A model generated the notes under the pieces. The model was not told where the DNA came from. It did not search any database and saw only the letters and a list, made by a program, of their open reading frames with translations. A stretch of 64,000 bases of DNA, taken from the NCBI GenBank assembly GCA_963677485.1, contig OY781964.1, forward strand, positions 1,984,001-2,048,000, written 5' to 3'. The stretch is from Armatimonadota bacterium (GTDB taxonomy: Bacteria > Armatimonadota > HRBIN16). Shown here in pieces: positions 44,620 through 53,518 of this stretch. The first letter of the stretch is position 1, and each line of letters starts with the position of its first letter. The position numbers and the translations under genes are program-made.

Positions 44620-44911
44620 GTCGGCTGCACTCAAATCGGATGATGGCATCGACCGACTTGATGCGATTGCCATGATGCTTATTGTGCTTGGGGAGAGTGT
44701 GAAGAACCTGGATAAGGCTACCGATGGCACGCTATTGCCCCAATTCCCAGAAGTGGACTGGAAAGGGGCCAAGGGTGTAAGGGATATCATGAGTCATCAC
44801 TATGTGGATATAGACGCCGAAGTGATTTTCGATATCTGCCAGACTTTCATCCCTCCCCTGATCGCCACCATCGAAAAAATGCGGCAAGAGATAGTCAATG
44901 GCACTGTATAA
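44620..44911 (+). pseudogene. 5'-truncated HepT/DUF86 (HEPN) RNase toxin
   Basis: LDAIAMMLIVLGESVK..PEVDWKGAKGVRDIMSHHY.DID (Rx4H); the N-terminus in the ORF track is translated repeat DNA. Confidence 0.75.
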
Positions 44912-45102
44912 ACCGGTAATACATTGTTTCGCAGCAGATGTGTCGAGGCGCGGTTGCCGCGCCTAAGGGTCGGGATGGGTCGGGAAACCCGACCCCTACA
45001 TGCTTGCCAGACCATCCAGGACACTACCAATGCGGACGCTATGTGTTGAAAAAACCCGCGGAGGGAGGGCGATTCGCGAATCGCCCCTAGTACGCTATAT
45101 AT

Positions 45103-45302
45103 GGTGAGCTCCCCGGACACCAAAAGCAGTCGGGGAGCTAATCTCACCCCTTAGCTGGGGGTGAAGGAGAAGGATTGGATGCCGGAACCGCCCCTGGTGG
45201 AAAACACCGTGACGTAGATAGGCATCCTTCTCCCAATCAACCCATATCGAACAGTATCTTGGGAGAAAACCCCGTGTTCGCTAGGCTGATTTGGTTGATT
45301 GC
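45103..45302 (+). ncRNA. IS110 bridge RNA (two 5' hairpins, target-binding loop, donor-binding loop)
   Basis: LTG ACCGCCCCT 45187-45195, RTG GTAG 45214-45217, LDG ACAGTATCT 45251-45259, RDG CTAG 45281-45284; each lies in an internal loop and matches the element's junctions. Confidence 0.88.
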
Positions 45303-45334
45303 ACCATCAATCACTACCAACTGGAGATTACCAC

Positions 45335-46627
45335 ATGCACGAAGTTGAAGACAAAATCTACATCCATTATGTCGGGATCGACATCTCGAAATTGACGTTT
45401 GACGCGTCTGTATTAGGTTCATCGCACAAGCCGATAGACCATAAGGAGTTCAAGAACAACAAGGCCGGATACAAGGAGTTGTTGTCATGGGTGAAGAAGC
45501 TTACCCGAACTCCCGCCTTGTATGCGGCTGAAGCCACCGGGCCTTACAGCCGACCGCTGCTTGATTACCTCTACGAGCACCAGCACGATGCTGTCCAACT
45601 GGAGCCAAAACGGGTTCTCTATCACCGCAAAGCCAAAGGCTGGGAACAAAAGACGGACTGCTCTGACAGCGTGCTAATCGCTGACTATGTGAAAAGTCAC
45701 AATGTCTCACTCTATGTCCCTCGTCTAGCATGCTATGATGCGCTTATTGGTTACACCAATGACCGCCGTATGCTGGTGCAACACAGACAGGCGATCGCCC
45801 AGCGCCAAAGCTGTCGGCTTACGCGGAGCACAGTGCTGGACGAGATGATCGCTTTTCATGACATGGGCATCAAAAAGCTTGATGTTCAGATCAAAGAGCT
45901 TGTGATGAGTTCACCGCAGATGACCGAAGATATGGCTCTGCTGAAGAGCATTCCGGGTATCGGCGACGTCACAGCAAGCTATTTCCTTGCGAAAATCGGT
46001 GATGCTAAACGATTTGAAACATCGAAAGCGGTCGCGCGCTATTTCGGAATGAACCCCTGCCCGCAACGGTCAGGAAGCTGCAAGACATACGACGGCTCCA
46101 TATCCAAGATGGGTGACCGATATATGCGGACATTACTCTACTGTGGATCGAGCACTGTGGTGAAGATGGTCAACGGTAAGTCGAAAAAGCTTGGCCAGAG
46201 CATGCACGACTTCGTGAAGGAACTGCAGCATCCGAATTTGGTAAAGAATCCCAATAAGAAACCGAAGTCCAAGCGAGTTGTCCGGTGCGCAATCATGCGC
46301 AAGCAGCTGGTGCTCATGTGGTCGGTATTAATCAGCCGTCAGCCATATGATCCAAACTTCGGCATCGAACAAGCTTCAAATGCGGCCAACCAGCAACCGC
46401 TGACCGACGCGAACGGACATGTCCAGGATCGTGCCGGAGCGGCCCATGATATAGCCGGTGTAGGCAATGATCCTGGGCTGGACGTGAGCGTTCCAAGACG
46501 GGGATGCGTGGATGGAAATCCCACCAATGAGCCCACTCCTGCCGGCGGTGGTCGGCCCGCATCCCGAAACCGGCCATCGCGCAGTCGGGTGGGCAACAAA
46601 CCGAGGGTTCTGACACCAGTATCCTAG
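45335..46627 (+). CDS. IS110 family DEDD recombinase with a long C-terminal extension (ORF track start 45299)
   Basis: GIDISK, EATG, KTDCSD (DEDD), SIPGIG, RSGS serine loop, ISKMG. Confidence 0.95.
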   Translation: MHEVEDKIYIHYVGIDISKLTFDASVLGSSHKPIDHKEFKNNKAGYKELLSWVKKLTRTPALYAAEATGPYSRPLLDYLYEHQHDAVQLEPKRVLYHRKAKGWEQKTDCSDSVLIADYVKSHNVSLYVPRLACYDALIGYTNDRRMLVQHRQAIAQRQSCRLTRSTVLDEMIAFHDMGIKKLDVQIKELVMSSPQMTEDMALLKSIPGIGDVTASYFLAKIGDAKRFETSKAVARYFGMNPCPQRSGSCKTYDGSISKMGDRYMRTLLYCGSSTVVKMVNGKSKKLGQSMHDFVKELQHPNLVKNPNKKPKSKRVVRCAIMRKQLVLMWSVLISRQPYDPNFGIEQASNAANQQPLTDANGHVQDRAGAAHDIAGVGNDPGLDVSVPRRGCVDGNPTNEPTPAGGGRPASRNRPSRSRVGNKPRVLTPVS

Positions 46628-46879
46628 CTGCGGCAGTCTGCCGATAGCACGCATCGAAGCATAACGATATCTTTCGAAGCCACGAAGATGTCGCACGTCC
46701 GTTCGCGACTCCGAGCGTCATGTGAGGTGCTACGGACCAACTGATGCCATCTGAGCCTGTTTCTGTCGCGGATCCAGGTTTGGTCTATATGCCACAAACA
46801 TCACATTAACGTTATTCTACGTGGTCTAGAGCCAGTGTCTGATATTCAGGTCCAAATCCCCAGATTTGCCCCTGGGGAC

Positions 46880-46885
46880 TTGACA
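46880..46885 (+). promoter_or_regulatory. -35 hexamer of the IS110 circle-junction promoter
   Basis: TTGACA; joining the ends places it exactly 17 bp from TACGCT (45091-45096). Confidence 0.8.
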
Positions 46886-46932
46886 AAAGCCACAGTATCT
46901 ACAGGCCAATACGTGAACCCGCGGCCAATTAG

Positions 46933-48890
46933 CCCAACTTCCGCAGTTAATCGGCTTGAATGAATTTCAAGCCGATTTTTCGTGCTCAGCATGTTGACAT
47001 CATAGACAGGTTCGTGCTCAAAACATTCAATAATGCTCTGTAGTGTAGAAAATGAGTATGAAAATATCGTGTATATTCAGGGTATGTATTTACGAAAATG
47101 CCGACAAAACAAAGGTGGCAGGGAATACTGCTATTGGCAGCTCGTTGAGTCATATCGGCCAGAACGTGGCGCGCGTCAACGTGTTGTAGCCAACCTGGGC
47201 GAACTCGATCTACCCAGCCAAAAAGGCATGAGGCAATTCGCCACAGGCCAACAAACGCGGGTGTATCAAACCAGTCTGCTCGAGGAGAACTCACCACCTC
47301 AATGGGTAGTTGTGGATACCAGCAGTGTCACAGTAGACCGTGTGAAACAATATGGTGGGGCCTGGCTTTGTATTCAAGTCATCGACAGATTGCATCTCAG
47401 TGGCTTCCTAAAAGAGGTGATGCCCAGAGGCCGTGAATCCGTTCCCTGGCATTCTATGGCCTTAGTACTGGTGATATCAAGACTGCTCGAACCCTCCAGT
47501 GAACTGCAGATCGCCCAACATTTGTTTGAACGCACCTCATTAAGCGACCTGCTCGGTATTCCTAAGCACAAATTGAACGATGACCGGTTATACCGCGCAC
47601 TGGATGCGTTGTTGCCGCATAAGCAGGCCCTTGAGAGACACCTCAAAAACCGTCTTGGCGAATTGTTCCAGATTGAATACGACCTTCTTCTCTATGATGT
47701 CACCAGCACCTATTTCGAAGGACAAGCTAATCGTAACGAACAAGCCAAACGCGGCTATTCGCGCGATCACCGCGGTGACTGCAAGCAAGTCTGCATTGCA
47801 CTAGTGGTGTCAAAGTGTGGGATGCCCTTTGCCTATGAGCTTTTCGACGGTAACCGACACGACTCGACAACAGTTCAAGAGATCATACTCAGTATTGAAG
47901 CAAAATTCGGCTCAGCCGACCGTGTCTGGGTCATGGATCGCGGCATGACAAGCGAGGATAACATCGAGTTCCTCAAGACCCGCGGTCAGCACTACATCAT
48001 AGGTACACCGAAATCGTGCTTGAAGCAATATGAACAGCAGTTACTTGAAGGTAACTGGGATGTGGTGCATGAAGGGCTGGAAGTGAAACTGTGCCCCACT
48101 CCTGATGGTCAAGAGACATTTGTTTTGTGTAGGAGTGCCAATCGGCATGAAAAAGAGAAGGCGATGCATGACAGGTTTGCAGCATGTTATGAAGAGGGCT
48201 TAGAGAAGATAGCTAAAAACTGCTTGAATCGTCGGCAAGACGTCGTCACCACTGCACAGAGAGTGGGCAGATTGAAACAACAATACAGCCGGGCATCTGG
48301 CCTGTTTGACGTAAAGATCACCGAGTTAGATGGGAGAGCACAGATATCCTGGACAAAGCTCGAAGAATGGAGCAGCTGGGCCACGTTAAGTGAAGGCTGT
48401 TACATACTACGCAGCAATATGACTTCCTGGAGTGCCAACGACTTATGGAAAGCGTACATACAGCTGACACAGGCAGAGGCGGCATTCAGAATTCATAAAA
48501 GTGACCTCGCGATCAGACCAATCTGGCACCAGAAGACGGAGCGTGTTCATGCGCACATACTGGTCTGTTTCATGGCATTTGTTCTGTGGAAAACGCTGGA
48601 GCAAATGTGTGTGCAGTCTGGATTAGGTGACAGCCCTCGCATTGTGCTAGACGAACTAAGCCAGATATATACAGTCGATGTGTGGATGGCTACCAAAAAC
48701 GGCCAAAAGATACGTCATCGGACGATCTCAGAACCGACCAAACACCAGCTCATTCTTTTACAAAGGCTCGGACTTTACCTTCCAAGATCACCATTAACCT
48801 GCAGAAATGTAGTGTAGAAAATAAGCTTTCATTTGCGTGCAGTTGAGCACAAACTGCACATCATAAAAACGACAAACTGCGGAAGTTGGG
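46933..48890 (+). mobile_element. IS1634-like insertion sequence with 16-bp terminal IRs and a 4-bp TTAG target duplication
   Basis: CCCAACTTCCGCAGTT 46933-46948 / AACTGCGGAAGTTGGG 48875-48890; TTAG at 46929-46932 and 48891-48894. Confidence 0.9.
47084..48817 (+). CDS. IS1634 family DDE transposase (ORF track start 47033)
   Basis: YWQLVESYR, YDVTSTYFEG, GYSRDHR, VMDRG, AEAAFR..KSDL.IRPIWHQ. Confidence 0.93.
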   Translation: MYLRKCRQNKGGREYCYWQLVESYRPERGARQRVVANLGELDLPSQKGMRQFATGQQTRVYQTSLLEENSPPQWVVVDTSSVTVDRVKQYGGAWLCIQVIDRLHLSGFLKEVMPRGRESVPWHSMALVLVISRLLEPSSELQIAQHLFERTSLSDLLGIPKHKLNDDRLYRALDALLPHKQALERHLKNRLGELFQIEYDLLLYDVTSTYFEGQANRNEQAKRGYSRDHRGDCKQVCIALVVSKCGMPFAYELFDGNRHDSTTVQEIILSIEAKFGSADRVWVMDRGMTSEDNIEFLKTRGQHYIIGTPKSCLKQYEQQLLEGNWDVVHEGLEVKLCPTPDGQETFVLCRSANRHEKEKAMHDRFAACYEEGLEKIAKNCLNRRQDVVTTAQRVGRLKQQYSRASGLFDVKITELDGRAQISWTKLEEWSSWATLSEGCYILRSNMTSWSANDLWKAYIQLTQAEAAFRIHKSDLAIRPIWHQKTERVHAHILVCFMAFVLWKTLEQMCVQSGLGDSPRIVLDELSQIYTVDVWMATKNGQKIRHRTISEPTKHQLILLQRLGLYLPRSPLTCRNVV

Positions 48891-48904
48891 TTAGCCACCG
48901 GTAA

Positions 48905-49515
48905 CGGGCTGTCCGCCAGACCGCGCCGGAGATGGGCTGCACAGCAATCGCAAGCGTGCTGAGTAACCGGCGCGGTCAAATACCTAATCTGTGTCATCTG
49001 CGCCATCTGTGGATCGCAACTCGCTGTCTGTGCAAATCGCCATCTGCCTTGGAAAAAGACCGGCGCGGTCTATAGCCATCTGTAACCGCCGGTGTACCGA
49101 CAGACCGCCCCGGACATAGCCAATGGGGCTTCGGTGGCCGCCTCTCTTGCGCCGGCCGCTAATGATCAGCCGTGCGGTGAAGGAACCCGCGGCAAGATGG
49201 CTCACGAGATTTGGCTATCCGCCAGACCGCGCCGGAGATGGGCTGCACAGCAATCGCAAGCGTGCTGAGAAACCGGCGCGGTCAAATACCCAATCTGCGT
49301 CATCTGCGCCATCTGTGGATCGCAACTCCCTGTCCGTGGCAATCGCCATCCGCCTTGGAAAAAGACCGGCGCGGTCCTGGGCCTTCTGCAGCCGCTAGCG
49401 TACTGACAGACCGCCCCGGACATAGCCAATCGAGACGCTACGCGGCCAAACACCCTTCGCGTCTTCGCGTCTTCGCGTGACATTTCCCCTCCGCGCCCTC
49501 CGCGTCTCCGCGTGA
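48905..49515. repeat. Two tandem ~205-bp composite repeat units plus CGCGTCTT micro-repeats
   Basis: 48912-49123 is nearly identical to 49218-49429. Confidence 0.88.
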
Positions 49516-49525
49516 GACATATGAC

Positions 49526-52498
49526 CTACCCCAGGTGATACAGCGCGGTGCCCTTATCGGGGATGTCCGCGGTGAAATCCCGTATGCCGGTGCCGATGAG
49601 CTTGCCGCTGAATAGCTCGGTCACCCGGGCAGCACGAGGCAGACGCACAGTGCGTGGCCCTCCTACGTTCACATTCACAGCCAACATGCTGCGGTTGGCC
49701 CACACCACCTCATCGCCCTCGGTATACAGATGCACTCCAGCCATTCGCGCCAGGTTGCGCAGCAGGCCGGTGGGCAGCATCGGTGCAGAGGAAAACACGG
49801 ATGTCCAGCCGCGCATCTGCAGCGAAACCAGACCCGCCTGCCCTCCCTTGACCAGCTTCCCATGCTGTCTCACCAGCGGATCGTTGGCGTAGACCACCGG
49901 CCCATTGACCAGCTCAGAGCCGTAGACCAGTCCCGAGGGCAGACCAGCAAGCAGGGGGTCCGTGCCCGATATCTGCACCTGCATGGGTGCCTCTTCACGC
50001 GCCATCTCCAGATGAATGCCCGTCAGCGATTGCATACCAGCCGGTGCCAGTTGCCCATCCTGGTAGATTCCAGGCGCGTAAACCCACACCGCCACGCGTC
50101 CACCATGTTTGACCACCTTATCGATCATCTTACGCTGGGCATCGGTGGGCGCGAAGCAGGAGATAAAAACATACATGCGATGGTCAGGGATTCGCTCCAG
50201 GTCGTCCAGCAGATAGCAGCCGAACGGTGCCCCCATGCGGCCAATGAGGGGTAACTGCTGCATGATCAACGGCCCGCTGAGCGCATTGCCCGTGCGTAGC
50301 CAGGCCAGCGAGTGGGGGTCAACGATGTAGGCCACTTGATCGGCTGGTGAGCGGTCCCAGGCCAGACTCTTGCCTGCGATGGCCGCCATCTCGCCGATGG
50401 AGCTCATCATGCGCGGATCGTCATACCAGCCGCCGCCCATATCGAACCACCACTTGCCGCAGCTATGGCCCATCACGCAGGCGAACTCCCGCTGCTGCTG
50501 TTGGATGCTCTCCTCGCAGCTCGCGGTCTTACCCCACTCCACCAGCGGACCGGGGGTGATCCAGGTTTTGTAGTCGTTTTCGTCCATCCAAAGCTTGCCA
50601 TGGGCGCGCACCGAATCGGTCAGCGACATAAAATGCGTGTAGCCCGTGCCCGGGTCGCGGAAGGCGTAGCTGGTGGGGCTAGTCATGAAGTCCACATCCG
50701 GACAGTTCAGCAGCTTAAGCAACGAGAGGTGCCCCGCGTTCTGCTGGCGTTGCTCCGCCGCGAGTTGCAGCACATATCCGTAGAACGCACCCACGAGCTT
50801 CTCGCGGCGGGTGGCGTCTTTCACCACCTTCGCGAAGTAGGCGATGGTCTCCACCACCAGATCGCTGTTATATAATGTGTAGTCGATGACCGACTGCTCT
50901 TTGGCAGGATCGTGCAGGCTGAATATCGCCGCATCACTCCGCTGCGCCTTGGTGGGAATCGGCGCGGTCTCGAACGTCACCGAAGCATCGCCCCAGGCCG
51001 TGCGCAGCGCGTCGACCGATTGGTATTTCGCCTTCAGCCAGCGATGGAACGCCTCACGGTTCGGACGGCTGTAGTCCACCCACTGGTTCTCATTCCCACC
51101 CCACATCATCCACTCTTCGGTGGTACCCGAGGCGATGTGGTAGCCGATCACACGATCCGACCACGGCGAACCCTCCATATGCCGGATGTAGCGCTGGATG
51201 GCCATCGCGGTGTCCTTCCGCCAGACCTCTGAGGCCCATGAGGGAACAGGTCGGTTCTCAGAGTGAAGGAACGGGATGGGCTTTCCGTCGCCTGGGTCGT
51301 AGGTCACCAGCTCATCGGGATGGGCATCGGTCCACCACTTCGGTGCTCGCAGGTAGAGTCGAGGGAAGAAATGCGCTTCAGGGTCGCTGGACAGCACCTT
51401 CATAGATCGTTCATCGGTTTGGGAGTAGTCCCATGTGTTTGGCGCGGTCCAGGTCTCCCTTGAGAGGGTATAACCTGACTCAGTCGGCGTGGCGCTGAAG
51501 GTATACAGATGCACACCCGCCTTGCCAAACTGCGTGTAGTATCGGGTGTTGGGGTTATAGGACATGTAGGACATCGCCGCATCTGGCTTGCCGTTGATGT
51601 GCAGCGTGGGCACTCCGCCATACGGCTGCACAGTCGCCACCCCCTTGCCAGGCCGTCGGGCTTGAACCTTCAGCTTCGCGAGCACCGGTGTTCCGCCGAT
51701 GCCCTCAACACTGGCATACCCTAAGCTCAGCACTATGCTGTGCAGACCACCCCATGCAAACTCCGGAACCTGCAGTTTGACCGGACCGAACGGCAGAGCC
51801 CTCCCTGCCTTCCACACCGCGGGCAGAGTGATGGGAACACGCGCCACCACCTGTTCACCATGCACCAACTGCAGCTCGTTGGCACCCTCACTGCGGTATT
51901 CTTTGACAGGGGTGATGCTGCCGCGGATGCTGAGCGTCTTGCCAGCAACGGCTGAGGCAGGTGCGATCACGGTGGCTTTGATACGCGCAGGGGGCACCCT
52001 CAGCACAGAGATATCGGCGATATCCAGCCGGTACTCCTGACCACTCTTGATGCCGTAGGCGATCACCGCCATCGACTGAATCGGCAGACTGATCTTTCTG
52101 TCGGGGTCCTGTGACCAGGATCCAAGTGCAAACTGATCCCATGTAAAGCTGACCTGCTGCCATTCAGGTGTGGCCTGAACAGATATCGCAGGCACCACAT
52201 AATCAGCATTGCCGCTATCCACCAGTTTCACCGCCAGCTCGAACGGGGCACCTGTGTTGCGCAGCTTTAACACCAGCTCCTTGAAGGGGATTTTTATCTG
52301 CGGACGCACGAACATATCGGCAAAGGAATCCGCGCGAGGTGCGAAGCTCCAACGCACCGCATTGCCCTCAGGTTTGATCTCATGGTGCAGATATTCGGCT
52401 GCCATACGGCCACCATCGCGACCGCTGTCCCATTTATCTGCGGCGTTACCGGAGAACAGTGTCTCCCGTTTCAGTGTGGCGGTGCTATTCTGTGGCAT
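49526..52498 (-). CDS. Large beta-galactosidase-like hydrolase, paralog of 41179-44160
   Basis: Collinear, with long near-identical blocks (e.g. ASGTTEEWMMWGGNE, FMSLTDS, WWFDMGGGW). Confidence 0.78.
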   Translation of the reverse strand: MPQNSTATLKRETLFSGNAADKWDSGRDGGRMAAEYLHHEIKPEGNAVRWSFAPRADSFADMFVRPQIKIPFKELVLKLRNTGAPFELAVKLVDSGNADYVVPAISVQATPEWQQVSFTWDQFALGSWSQDPDRKISLPIQSMAVIAYGIKSGQEYRLDIADISVLRVPPARIKATVIAPASAVAGKTLSIRGSITPVKEYRSEGANELQLVHGEQVVARVPITLPAVWKAGRALPFGPVKLQVPEFAWGGLHSIVLSLGYASVEGIGGTPVLAKLKVQARRPGKGVATVQPYGGVPTLHINGKPDAAMSYMSYNPNTRYYTQFGKAGVHLYTFSATPTESGYTLSRETWTAPNTWDYSQTDERSMKVLSSDPEAHFFPRLYLRAPKWWTDAHPDELVTYDPGDGKPIPFLHSENRPVPSWASEVWRKDTAMAIQRYIRHMEGSPWSDRVIGYHIASGTTEEWMMWGGNENQWVDYSRPNREAFHRWLKAKYQSVDALRTAWGDASVTFETAPIPTKAQRSDAAIFSLHDPAKEQSVIDYTLYNSDLVVETIAYFAKVVKDATRREKLVGAFYGYVLQLAAEQRQQNAGHLSLLKLLNCPDVDFMTSPTSYAFRDPGTGYTHFMSLTDSVRAHGKLWMDENDYKTWITPGPLVEWGKTASCEESIQQQQREFACVMGHSCGKWWFDMGGGWYDDPRMMSSIGEMAAIAGKSLAWDRSPADQVAYIVDPHSLAWLRTGNALSGPLIMQQLPLIGRMGAPFGCYLLDDLERIPDHRMYVFISCFAPTDAQRKMIDKVVKHGGRVAVWVYAPGIYQDGQLAPAGMQSLTGIHLEMAREEAPMQVQISGTDPLLAGLPSGLVYGSELVNGPVVYANDPLVRQHGKLVKGGQAGLVSLQMRGWTSVFSSAPMLPTGLLRNLARMAGVHLYTEGDEVVWANRSMLAVNVNVGGPRTVRLPRAARVTELFSGKLIGTGIRDFTADIPDKGTALYHLG

Positions 52499-52661
52499 TT
52501 TGGTCCCTCATGTATGTATTCCGTCTGATCGGATATGATTCGTTTTGATTCTAAATACACCAGCAACCGGCGTGATACCTTCTTTCAGTATCAGTTCAAC
52601 TGCGCACCTAGAAGTAAGATGAGTACCATATCATCTATCTGCTTCGGGTATAATCAAGCCA

Positions 52662-53111
52662 ATGAATGCATTGGGAGGCTGTGCCATGACGCTCCGCGAA
52701 TTCATCGCCGAAAAACGCAACACCATCCTTGAGCAACTCAAACTTCATCAAAAGCCGGAAGGTCGGATACTCTCTGAGCACTTTGATGAGGCGATCCAAC
52801 TGCCCATCATCCAACTGGGGGCTATCCGCTACACGCCTCATGGTGTTATTCTCGAATACAGTTTCAGGTCAGAGGGTGATACCCAGGTTATCATCATCCC
52901 GATATCCGTGCATACCCCAGAGCCTGTGGTCTTTCTGCCCGTCCCTCACTGGGTTCACGCTCAGATATGGCAAGGAGAGGTGAAAGGAAGCTTCCATCTG
53001 GCGTCGGAGGCACGGATGTTAGTCGATGAGTTGGTCCATGATGTGTTCAACTCACAACAGACTGCGGCATTTGAAACACAAGGGGACAACCCGTACCAGC
53101 GCGAGAGCTAG
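52662..53111 (+). CDS. Hypothetical protein (likely start 52686)
   Basis: GGAGG before ATG 52686; FLPVPHWV..WQGEV.GSFH looks like a conserved core. Confidence 0.75.
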   Translation: MNALGGCAMTLREFIAEKRNTILEQLKLHQKPEGRILSEHFDEAIQLPIIQLGAIRYTPHGVILEYSFRSEGDTQVIIIPISVHTPEPVVFLPVPHWVHAQIWQGEVKGSFHLASEARMLVDELVHDVFNSQQTAAFETQGDNPYQRES

Positions 53112-53119
53112 TGCCAGAT

Positions 53120-53465
53120 TCGTAAGTTGTCCGCATTGAGCGGGGGATAACCTGTGCAAAACTCGGTCATGAATGTGCAAGACCGTCAGTTATCCACCAG
53201 ATTTTTGGATCAAAACATCGGAACAATTCTAGTAAAGTGCATTTGGTGTATAAGCGGCTTCGGTCATCAACTGGATGATGTGCATATCTATCAGTCTGAT
53301 TTACCGAAATTGACAGGCTCTGTGTCAGTGCTTAAGCATGAATGAACTGTGGTTCCGGCTGATTTTGTTGAAAAGCAGGAGTGATTTGGAGTTATCCACA
53401 GTATCCACAGCCCTCTCTATCACTATTAAGATTCTATTTATACTAATAAGAAGATAGCGTTAAAG
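53120..53465. other. Probable chromosomal replication origin oriC
   Basis: Perfect DnaA box TTATCCACA 53392-53400 abutting GTATCCACA, then GCCC, CTA/TCA/CTA/TTA triplets and an AT-rich tract; several further degenerate boxes at 53127-53374. Confidence 0.75.
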
Positions 53466-53518
53466 ATTGCTTTCAAGTCGCCGCCTGAACTGCGCCGGGC
53501 CTTCTCAGGAATGGGCAG

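Larger units (their letters stand above)
45087..46900 (+). mobile_element. Complete IS110-family element inserted in a REP, with CT core at both ends
   Basis: Left junction ATCGCCC-CT-AGTACGCT; right junction ACAGTAT-CT-ACAGG; removal restores REP GGGCGATTCGCGAATCGCCCCTAC. Confidence 0.92.

Noticed and set aside
53154-53345. 63-aa ORF in the DnaA-box region
   Set aside because: No RBS or homology cue; better explained as non-coding origin DNA.
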